Origin: Azolla caroliniana
Lineage: Eukaryota; Plantae; Polypodiophyta
Length of the DNA: 64,000 bases
Reading direction: 5' to 3'
Assembly: GCA_043228905.1 (NCBI GenBank)
Contig: JBHGNT010000002.1
Coordinates: forward strand, 18,166,001 to 18,230,000
Under the pieces are notes generated by a model, which did not search any database, was not told where the DNA came from, and saw only the letters and a list, made by a program, of their open reading frames with translations. Both the position numbers and the translations under genes were made by a program. Position 1 is the first letter of the stretch, and every line of letters begins with the position of its first letter. This document shows, piece after piece, positions 13,446 to 24,452 of this stretch.

Positions 13446-16400
13446 TCATCGGATTGAGGATGATTCGTGGAGCTCATGCTCAACATAGTCTCTAACGACA
13501 CGGGAGTTGCCTGAGAGGAAGGGAGACGAAATGGGAAACAATTCGGGAGAGAAGAAAATAGAAGATTCACTCTTGCATGAGTTCGTGAAAGGCATGAAAG
13601 ACTTGTCGATCAAAGTGACAAAACTAGAATCGGGACAATGCTCAACTTGGTCAAGGCAAGGAGGGGGATTGATCCGAAGGTGTATGTGGTGTGACAATAT
13701 CAACCATCATAAGAAAGACTCAAGAAAATAGGGATGCTCTTAATCATGATAAAATCTATTATCGAGATGGTAAGATTCACTCGACAGAGACTCGACAACC
13801 ACTTCAACTCAACTTCGGGCGAGGTGGAATGAAAAATCTAATGGAAGATGCCGAGAAAGAAACAACTCAAACAATACAATCTGTGACAACGTTAGGGTTG
13901 TGCGTAGAAGACTCATATGGTGGATCTGGCTTTTGGCAAGGTGTGATGGAGTATGCAAGAAAAGGGAAGGTTCAAGTGAATGAATTAAAAAGCACAGGTG
14001 ATGAAATATAAAACTTCACTGGATGGAATGATCTAGTAGACACACTATCAGCATTTGCCCAACTGAATGTACAATATGCAATAGTGAAAGAGAAGAGAAA
14101 GAGAGTTGAGGAGGCTGATTCGGCAAAGAAACATGAGACACAAGAACAACTTCAAAGAAGAGAGATAGAAAAGGATGCTCTTGAGTCAAAAGAAGTTGAT
14201 AATGCCAAAGGGAAGACAGACCCAACTTTCAAGCTTGCTTCGGACACAGAAGCCACGACGGATATAAAACATTTCATGGAAGAAGTTACAAGAGAGTGTG
14301 CAGCAACAAGTCTCCAAGATTTGGTTCATGAATCCATGAATGTTGCAGGTGTAAAGAAGATAAATGATGTTGGGATTCATGAAGGGGACAAGAGTCATTA
14401 TACAAAGAACCATTGGGCTCAAGCAACAACGGAGGCACCTACAAAATTTACGGAGCAACAGATTCCTTGTATTGCTTTGGTGGATCATGGATCAGAAATT
14501 AACATGATGTCGTCGGAATGTTGTGCTCAAGGAAGGTGGCAATAAATAAGAATCATGGTTCCAAGAAAAGAGTTGCAACAGAGTGTTCGGAAACAGGTCC
14601 CTCCGGATGGGAAGTGAGAAGAACAGTGTTGATGAGCAAATTCGGCCGAGGCCGATAGGCCAAGGCCGAAACTGGATGAGGAGTACCCAGCTATGGAAGA
14701 CCCGGTGAGAACCGGATGACAAGTACCCGGCTACGGAAGACCCGGTGTGAACCGGATGAGGAGTACCCGGCTACGGAAGACCCGGTGAGAACCGGATGAG
14801 GAGTACCCAGCTAGAGTCGGATGATGAAGGCCCGATGAGAAGTGCTCACCGGATGAAGGGATATATTCGTAAATACATTTTCTAAGAGCCCATCGGGGCT
14901 ATATTTGTAAATAGCCGAAAATTCATATTAGTATAAATGTGACTTAGGGAAAACTTATTGTATGAGGTTGTTGTCATTCGTGTTGGTGCAAGATTAGAGC
15001 GCGTAACTGTGTACAGAGAGAGTGAGAGAGAGGAAGAGGTTGTTGCCTCTGTTGTAACCGCCGCCTGTGGCGAAGATAGCAAGCTCGAGGTCGTGGCCTC
15101 GGTGCTTTCTTATTGTACATTTTGATATAGTGATAGTTTGCAGTCTGTGGGCTGCCGTGGTTTTTCCCAAGTTTGGGTTTTCCACGTAAACATCCTGTGT
15201 ACTCTTCTCTCTATTGTGTTGTGCTTTCATTCCCTGTTTTCTGTGATTTATTCTAAGCTTGGTTGTGGCCGAGCGTTGTTCATCGGAGCGTGTAGTTCCT
15301 GTCATAGAGATGATGGAGGATCTATTCAGAGCAGGTCCTAATGTCAAAGCAACAAAGAGAGATGTGTCGGTGGATAAAAATTACTATGTGCAAGATGGAT
15401 CAACCTACCCCGTCATCCTTGGTCAACCATACATCAATGTAGTGAGTATGGAAACAATGGATGGTGAACCATACATCAACGTAGTAAGGATGGAAACAAC
15501 TATGATTAAGGATTATTCGGCTTTCGTGAGGATCAAGAGTCAGGATGGAAGGAAGAGAGGCCATATCTTAACCATGACGCCTAACCATGAAAGAAACAAA
15601 GAATGCTTGTGGGGACATCCAGTTCAAAAACGAAATGAAGAGTTTTTCCAAGACTTTGGATAAACTTTGTACAACCAATGTGCAAGTTCAGAGGGGGTGG
15701 GTGTCGTGAAGGATTTGCTTTACGATATAAAAATAAACTTCAATATTGTATTAAGTAACATTTGAGAGACTTGAACCCATAACCGCACACCAAGGACGAA
15801 GCATATACCATTATGATAAGTTATTTTCTATAGTTATATTTTTATCATCATACTTATGACATGTGTATCTTACATTAGAGCTTAGATGAGCATGATGGCT
15901 ATCATGCATCACATGTAAAGCATGTGTACCAAATGGCGATCATGCATTACATGCATGCCATGCAACCCCTATATCATCATATGCATGAGAGAACCTATAA
16001 AGAGAGGCAAGGAATTAAGGGATGGATAAAGTAATCAAGAAGAGAAAGTAAGAAATCAAATAATATAATCAAACAAACAAGTTAGCTCATTTGGGAAGAG
16101 GCTTGTGTTTCGAAGTTGGAGTCAAAGGTTCAAATCTACAATTCAGCAAAAGAAAAGTCGTATCTTGTGATCAAAATTGTAACTTTGGTAAAATCTTGGG
16201 TTTTTGATATAATACATATTCTTATCATATTTTCTTACCTCTTCAATCATACATTGTCTTTATCTCTCATCCTTGTTCGTCTCTCTCTCATACATTACTT
16301 TGAACTTTTATTCCTGCTATCTTGAATCTTTGTGGTAAAATCTTATATTCTTAATATAAATCATGTTAATATCATATACTCTTGCTTCTTAAGCCATATA

Positions 16401-16484
16401 TGGTCTTTGTCTCTAATCTATGCTCGTCTCTTTGTCACACAATACTTTTAACTCTTATTCTTCTTATCCTTAATCTTCCTAACA
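13446..16484 (+). mobile_element. Non-autonomous gag-protease-only gypsy element with PPT and 3' LTR (15702-16484)
   Basis: RCMWCDNINHHKKD zinc knuckle and ALVDHGSEINMMS protease motif; ORF ends at 15663, then GAGGGGGTGGG PPT (15691-15701), TGTCGTGAAG LTR start, TATA near 15995 and ...CTAACA end. Confidence 0.78.
14584..15304 (+). mobile_element. Solo LTR (721 bp) inserted in the protease region
   Basis: TG...CA ends, flanks CAGAG/TAGAG (TSD with one C>T change), TATAAA at ~14932; the host frame RVATE|MMEDLFRAGPNVK rejoins. Contains a 40-bp repeat x3.5 at 14671-14813. Confidence 0.8.
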
Positions 16485-16559
16485 TTTGTGTGCAAGATTT
16501 ATAAAAGTTTCTTCAACTCCCCTTAAACCTTAGTCCTTGTGACTTCGCCGCATGAACCA

Positions 16560-17152
16560 CAACTACCTCGACAATGCAATTGAGGTATTAATCTTGTGTG
16601 CATATGATGCGAATCACATATCAAATATATGTCAAATGAGGTATTGGTCTCATACACATGTATACGTTTTATACAACCAATCCATTACCACTACAAGATC
16701 ATTGAATCAATAAAGAAAAAACATATTGACTAAACATGATTAGGTTGGGAGAAGAAAGAGTAGAAAAAAAAACAAGAAAGTTATTGAAGTTCCTTTGCTT
16801 ATCGCTATTTGAATAAAGGTTGACAGCATGTTGATTGATCACCATACAACAAAAACCAACATAAGAAACATTAGAAACATAAACTTTGATATCAAATGTT
16901 AGAGTGATGGTCTAATGTAAGCATATGATAAGGATGTAATATATATGAAATAAGAAAGGAGAGAGAGAAAGAAGGGTGTCAATCCACCCGACCACCCCCG
17001 AACGAAGGGATCGAGACAGACGCAAGCCTCGATCGGTGTCCCATACCACCGTCGTGGCATCGAGTCATACCTGGTGCTGGCGTGCTGGCTACAAGAGTTG
17101 ACCCACCACGAAACAGAATCTCAACGTAGTCAAGAGATGATGAAATGAGGGT
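16560..17152 (-). mobile_element. Family A leader, degenerate PBS and truncated 5' LTR (16897-17152)
   Basis: Similar to 9965-10230 and 10275-10530; CTTTGATATCA is a degenerate Met(i) PBS next to TGTTAGAG at 16897. Confidence 0.82.
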
Positions 17153-18350
17153 ATACTTGCCTTTAAATGCATTCTTGCTTTTAGTTTCGTACCAATGCAC
17201 CTTTGTAGACTTTATATGATTTTGGTTTTCATCCATCACCATGTCCAATACTTTACTAATCCAAAGTTGGTGCCCCATTTCATTGTCATAGGCAGGTGTG
17301 GCAATTAACATCCCAACCTTTATTGATATCCTCGGACCCACATAGATGTCATCCTACTGCTTTTGTCATCCTCGGTCCCACATAGATGTCTCTTTGTTGT
17401 GGATGGAGCAAGTTGTCAAGATCCACATTAGTTGCATGATTGAGAATTAGGCGTGTGTTATACGAACCAGGTAAATGGTATTTGCAAGGGCCAAATGCCA
17501 GTGAAGGAATTATCAATAATTCCTTCTTGATCACTAAAGAACATGTCCCACCATGAGGTATTTTGTGGTCCAACATACTTCTTTGCATTATCAATGTGCT
17601 TCCTTTTCTCTTGTAAGGCTTGCATCCAAAAGTTTCTTTGTTCATCTACCAAGTCACTATGCATTTCCTTTTTATTCTCAATTGGCATTTGTTTTGCACC
17701 ATGAACAGTAGTTACTGATGGCATATGAAGCAAGAACTGGCAATCGCCTTCTGGCTCCCACTGTGGGGAAGATGAATATTGCTTTGCATGCAATAGTGTA
17801 CAACCACTTATATCATTTTTCTTTATCAACAACACGTTATTGAAGCTAATATTGTTTAATTGGGATAACATTATCACATTCTCCTCCCCACTATCTGTTA
17901 TGCATCTCTTAAAGTCGTATATCTCCTTTAAGTGGAGCACATTCAGACGTGGTGTATATGCATCACAAATGACATCAAATAACTTTCGTAATGTGAAAGC
18001 ATCATTTTGAGAGAACTGTCTATAGAATATACTGAACATCTGATCAATACGGTCATGTGTGTGACTAACCAAAAGGAAGTTAACTTAACTTTCCTAAACA
18101 CTCCTTGTTCCATCAACATGCTCAAATATCCAAAGACAGTTTGAATTCTTGTTCTCCCTAGCAGTGTTGTCCAATTGAATGTAGAGAATAGGGGGCAATG
18201 GGTGCCCCCAATTCATCAGAACACTTTTAATCACAGTAACTGTTAGGTTGGGCTCGTTGTGGACATTCCGGTAAGTAATGAAGACGTGAGGTCTAATTGT
18301 CCCATTATAAGCCAAACAACCCACCAAGTGCATCTGAACGAGACATTCTT
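17153..18350 (-). pseudogene. DNA transposase pseudogene, Sola-like / DUF7869-like, frameshifted and truncated at both ends
   Basis: Consecutive frames give LYIQLDNTARENKNS, LMEQGVFRKVKLTSF and VSHTHDRIDQMFS (the D-N-x3-E-N-K-N and GHTHxxIDQxFS pattern of this RNase H-fold transposase group), then C-terminal LWISKVLD...KVHWYE...GKY. Confidence 0.75.
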
Positions 18351-18364
18351 ACATATGTGGCGAC

Positions 18365-18457
18365 CAACTCGATACTTGGTATCGAGTTGCTCCCCCTTTA
18401 TACCCCAACTCGATACCAAGTATCGAGTTGCTCTACTCTTCGGCCCCAACTCGATAC
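18365..18457. repeat. Palindromic repeats CAACTCGATAC-nnn-GTATCGAGTTG with 41-bp period (2.5 copies)
   Basis: Perfect 11-bp arms at 18365-18389 (loop TTG) and 18406-18430 (loop CAA); half copy at 18447-18457. Confidence 0.92.
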
Positions 18458-18495
18458 AAGGATGAAGAAGATGCGAGGACAACACTAGGGGCAGA

Positions 18496-20608
18496 GTTGT
18501 CATTTGGTCTGCTTTCGTCTACATGTCCCTAGCAATGGATGAAGTGAAGTTGTTAGCCTAGGACCATAACAACGACAAAGACTATCATCAAAAGATGTCA
18601 TCGATAAAGCGCATCCGAGCTTTTCACCATCAATACTTAGATGTCAAGCAAAGAATTGGATCAAAGATATTTCCAGCACTTTGACGTCATTGTCTTCATG
18701 AAGTTGGGATCGTTGTGGATGATGCAATAAAGTCTGATGGTATTTGGAAGTACGAGTCGTGGTTCCAACTTGCCTTTAGAGATGGGGTTGTTTGGGCATT
18801 GCAAGACCAGATCTTTACAATGTGGGAAAACAAGGAGGTGACAGGTCAACAACAACAAAAGGAAGGTGACCCACAACTAGAGTTGAAGTCAACTGCGACA
18901 AAAAAAATTGATCTGACCATCGTGGAAGCAGCGGACGACATGAAGCTAACACCATGGAGAGGCATGTAGGGTATAAAAGAAGAGCAGCTACTTGTGTTTG
19001 TCTTGTCTAGAGTCGTGGCGAAATAGCTAAGCTTAGAAGAAATGGTCACAAAGTTCAACAAGTAAGCCTAATACTTTTTTTTTGAATACATGTTTTGTCT
19101 TCTCGGAATTCATAAATGCTAATGGTTGTTTATGCTTTACTATTCACAAGGTGTATATGAAAATTCAATTACGTCTTCATACAAGGCGTTATTGGAATAT
19201 TTTATTGCTTTTAAGGATTGGGTTAGTATTACATATTTTATATTTGCCATTCTATTTGATTACATATTTTAAGAATAAGTATGAGTTACTTCATTTATTG
19301 TTTCACATAGAAACCATGTCGTAGCAAGAAGCCTAGAGAAGTCGAAGATATACATGATTTTCCAACTTCGTTTCTTGCCCATCTTAAAAGAGCGTGGAAA
19401 GAAAAGGACTGACGCTTAGTGAAGGCGTTGGATGTGGACGATGACGGAACTTTCAAGAAGTTCGGCTACAAAAAGGATATCACCCGAGAATTGTATTATA
19501 ATGTGTATTGCGGTGATGTGGCAGAGATGATCCAAAAGTTACCAAAGGAGTACACCTTACTCATTGCAGATATTCCATACGGATTCCGTATGGCTAGATC
19601 TTCTTATGATGATGAACCATTTAGGTTCAAATAATTCGAGAAAATGGTGAAGGATTTCGCGGAATTGACCCCAACGAGCTTGTGGAGAATAGTGGTCTTT
19701 CATAGTATGAACCAAGGATATTCTGTGGCTCAATTGTTGAGATCTCGTTGTCATGGTGTAGAGAACCTTACTTGGTAAGGCTTATACAATGACTAATTCA
19801 ATTTTAGTTGCATTCAATTCTTGTCAGTTTATGTAACTAATACTTGAGTCTATGTCTTTTGGTTTCTTTTTGTCATTTATAAGATCAACACCAACGTTAA
19901 TAAAGGACCAACCTTTTGGTTTGTCAATGTTATTGAATACATAACTGTTCGTTATTATGATAAAATAAAGAAGCAATGGATTAAGGAACATTCAAATGAG
20001 GTCGAAGGTTCAAATATGTTAGTGTACCCAATAGTTATGCGGAAATTGTGACATGTCACGATGACTGAACGTGGCCTAGTCAATCCTTACCAAAATCCCC
20101 AACGACTCATGATGCGCCTTATCGAAATGTTCTCTAACGAAGGAGATTGGATTTTAGATTTGTTTTCTAGCATGAGTATGTTCTTAGAATTTTCTCCACA
20201 AAAGTATATACTTATTGGTTGTCTAATTGAACCTATGATCTTATTATTTTCGTGATAGGTATGACATCTGCATACACCTTGAAACTATTCCGAAATACAG
20301 TTGCATTGGAGAAGGATGAGGAGCAAGTATGTTTCATTAATATGCAAATTAAAGCTTTATGGGAGTGCCCAGATCAAGACGAGGAGGTAGGGGCAAAGCA
20401 TACCACGGATACGGAACGGTTACAAGCTGCCTCTCGTGACCTATTCCTCCCTTGGCTGGTGAACCTAGGGAGCTTATAGAACTTTAATGATGAGCTTTTG
20501 GAGGACCCCACGGTAGCCAACCTAACTGGAGTGGATGTCGATGCACAAAATTCTGAGGACAGATCTTAAAAGGAAGACGAAGAGAATGATGAACATATAG
20601 TAATGTAA
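18496..20608 (+). pseudogene. Intron-containing beta-class amino-DNA methyltransferase (N6-adenine/N4-cytosine type) pseudogene
   Basis: Inferred exons ~18496-19061, 19311-19774, ~19883-20175 and 20259-~20608, mostly with GT/AG ends. Motifs in beta order: VYCGD...LLIADIPYG (motif IV), W|INTN...VIEYI, NPYQNPQRLMMRLIEMFSNEGDWILDLFS (X-I), then ...LKLFRNTVALEKD. Several premature stops. Confidence 0.82.
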
Positions 20609-23600
20609 TGAATTTTGTATTTTATAAAAAACATTGTAATGATTCCATGTTTATATTGTTTCTTTAAATATTTCTACTGAAGTTTATATTGTTACATTTG
20701 TGTTGTTGCTATCAATGTTATAACATTACTAAGCTTTACTAAGATACATGTTTCAATCGATGTACTTGTTATAATCGTTTTAACCTAAACTTCACTTTTG
20801 ATCATCGAGTATGTTCTACAAATCGAACCCACCTTACTTTTGGGTGTGTGACCATAATGAGTGTCCGAGTGTATCCATTATATGATACGTGTATATGGTT
20901 GTCCTCTCTCATAGGTGTGTATTGGGGAAACTCTCTCATGGGTGTGTATATCAGGCAACATTCAATAAGTATTAAAGTGCATAACACATAATCACTAACT
21001 ATAGCTATCACTTCCATTTCTTCTCCCTACACCTCCACACGATGGTTAAACCTAGAGATCAATTGTTGTATAGAACATGTTCATGGTTTGTAATTTAACT
21101 ACATTTATGTCTAAAGATCATGATTTTCACAACATTTCAACCAACTTTGTTGTTGAGATATCAAGCTCAACTAGATTTAGTTAGTTAGTCAACACACGTA
21201 ACTTAGTAGTTACCTAGATAGAATCTAGTTAGTATGTTGACGTTAAAGCCTTAAATAGGATTTTGTACTTGAGTGGGATACATTGTAGATCTTCCACTCC
21301 CATGTTCATTTAATATAGGACTTACACCTTTGTACCTATATTCTACTCGTATATGTGCACCTTTGCACATGAGATGTATATATACCTCATTGTGGGTATT
21401 TTTGTATTTGATGATGCTTTTTAATATAACTAATCATCCCCAATCTTGTCTCGTTATTCATAAGTATTCTTTCTCTCTTCCTCTCACACTCTCACATACA
21501 TACACACACATCACATAATCTTTCGTTGCTTAATCACATTATTAGGTACTACTAATTAACCCGTACTTAATTACCTAATTCTTAACATTTGCAAATTGCA
21601 TGATACAATTTGAAAGTTTAACGATTGTCAATTGAATAAAGAATTGTCATATCATATAATTTTTAAATAAGTTTCATATTTGGAGATCATCAACTTTAAC
21701 AGTGTTCAAATAGTACATGCTTTTTACTTTGAAACTTGTTAAATATTAATAATTGAGCAAATTTTATATGGATTGACGAATACATTGGTGTAACAAGTTT
21801 CTATATATTGCATAAATTTGCACAATTGTAAAAGGAATCTGCGATCCTTCCACTTCTAAACTCGAACGTGTTATTTCCTTATTTTCATGCTTACATTAGA
21901 ATAAATGTCTAACCTATCCCTCTCCTATGTATAATATTTTATTTTCTGGTTATTTTCTTTGGTTCCTTCTATTGCTCACATGCCCACTCTCACACACGCA
22001 CAATGCTTTTGCACACAAAACTCAATGAGAGTCAAAATTCTTTGCATGTTGCATAAATAATTTCTAATCAACTATGACTTGCATGGCATGATCTTCACGG
22101 GGAAGATTCAAAGTTGATGTTTTGAGTGAATGTGTGTGCACGTATCCAATGGAGAAATATACATTTCTGGTTCACATGGCTAATGTTAATGCTTTGAGGT
22201 CATTGTTAGGTTGAAACAAACAACTAACAATCAATGTGGGTTCCTAGTAGTCGTTCAACTTATCAATAATCTTCCTTTGACTTTTTGAAATTGATGGTTG
22301 CTCCATGGTCCAAATCAAATAAAATTGGCAACATAATGTAAAAAAATCTCGATATAGAAATATTGAATGGATTGATCAATTGCATTCCAGGTAGAAGGTG
22401 TCAACACGCTTAACGAGTTGGAAGATAATGAAGGTTTTGTGTCTCTTGTAAATCACCCTAATGTGTTCCTCATCTCGAAAATAGATATCCAAAGTCACTG
22501 AACAATAATGTAGGCCATATGCATTAGTTCACACCTCAACCATGTAAGGAGAGATGGAGCTCATCCATTGTTAAAGGTGATCGACTTGACATGTGCTTTA
22601 AAAGGAGGCAATATTTCATTTGGGTTCATGTGGTCTTGGAATGTTGTACACAGGTATGCCATATTGTCCTCCGGATGTCCTTAGTGGATGTCCTTAGTGC
22701 AGAAAGTATTTAGGGGGTGGGTTGATACGTGGGGTCCACAAGCAGGTAGCGTCCCAGATGTCCACAAAAAATTCCTTCTGTAACGGAGGGGTGTCAAATA
22801 TGTCGGGTCCAGATAAATGACACTGACGTTCATGTTTCACTAGGGTAGGTCAAGTCTTATACAAATTTCAAAACTATCTTACTAAACGAGATTGTAAGTC
22901 ACGTGACTTCAAGAAACGGAGTGTGCTTACGTCGAACTTGCATGGGATATCTGCTGATGGATGATAGTTGTGGAGGATTAAAACCTATTTCTAGCGAAGG
23001 TGGATAATGATGAGGACACAACAAGGTCACCACAACCCTATATAGCTATAAAGGGCCATGATCCATGGAAATAGGGGGAGGAGGGTAAGTACTAAGTACT
23101 AAGGATAGTCAAAAAGCAAGTATCCAAGCACATGTAGTACAACTAGTACAATTCTGCTGCTCGAATATAGTGTCTTTCTCAGCTACTTGAGCGGTCTCCG
23201 CAGTTGCTTCATCAGTCTTTTATCTTCGCTTTAGTTACTCAATCGTTCACAATAATACATCCCGAGTGGCCAACTACTTCAAATTGCAGAGCCGCCTTCA
23301 TATTCTAGTAATATGTTGCAAGCTACTACTGATTATGCAGCTCGTCATTAAAGCTTTTATTTTTCGAATGTGATCATCATGCATATACATTTTCAAGAAT
23401 GACTCTCTTCAATCCGCCATTTCTAGACGTTGAACAAAACATATGTACAGTTAATCAGTAAGATTTTCAGAGTCATTCATCTGACAAGCAAGCACCCACT
23501 CAAATTCGATGTGGTGTTGCTTAAAGTATTCCTCCCTGGTTTCAGATATAATTGCAAAAGATATGCAAAACACTGGACAACGAACTTAATGAAGCCATCT

Positions 23601-24452
23601 GTCACATTGCCGTCTAAGGCTGGGCATTCGTGAAGGAGCTCTGTTTTTCTTTTTTGCTTCTAAGATTTCAGCTCAGTATACCTAATATGCTTATAGTAAT
23701 TCGTTGTCCCCATATTTCTTCACTTCAGCACTTAGTTTTTACATGATTAAGTAAGTAAGATAACAACGTTCCTGAGTAGGCACTTGTTTTCCTTCGCTCA
23801 AGAGTTCAGGCTTTAATCTGGCAGTATAAGTGAGAAACTATACATTGATGGTATCAAATAGTTGAACAGTTCACAAAACTGAATGATCTATTCCTCTCAC
23901 CGAAGGCACCCTTCCTTTCATTGGGCTGCTTGTTAGTCAGAAAGCAAGGAAAATAAACGTTTTCTAACTATTAGCTCAGGGGGGATACAACGTTTAGGCA
24001 CCACCTCCTATGGGTTATTTATTAGAAGGAGAAAGAACATGCAATGAATTAGGTATGCATGTATGTATATATAATATGGCAAGTAAGCGGCGCATGAAAA
24101 GCCAAAGATTTTAGAACAATTTGTCCGATTCTTTATTTAGCAGTATGTACATATGCGTTTCATTAGAACGTCACCACGATGGGTTTCTTTACTTAATATA
24201 GTACGCAGGAAAATGGATGACTCAAGGATCACTAGCATACATATTTGGAATATATATAAACTTTTCAGCATTAAAGTTGGATCCAGAGTTTGAAGGTCAT
24301 TTATGAAGGAAACTCAAAATCGTGGGTGATATTATCCACATGGATGTTTGTCACGTGTGTATGAGAGAGAGAGAGAGAGATAGATAGATAGATAGATTAT
24401 ATTATCGTCTTCGGAGATCAAATATGACCTATGAGACCAAAAATATTACATT

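Noticed and set aside
16979-17341. 120-aa ORF as a real gene
   Set aside because: Chimera of the transposase tail read into LTR sequence at ~17153.
18365-18457. Mini-CRISPR
   Set aside because: Only 2.5 copies, 16-bp similar spacers, eukaryotic context, no cas genes.
18496-20608. Bacterial contamination as the source of the methyltransferase
   Set aside because: The gene has spliceosomal GT-AG introns, is decayed like the neighbouring plant TEs and is embedded among them.
20800-23400. Right terminus/TIR of the methyltransferase transposon and further LTR-like relics
   Set aside because: Short direct repeats are present (CTCTCTCAT[A/G]GGTGTGTAT twice), but the left end is lost, so no TIR or TSD pair can be supported.
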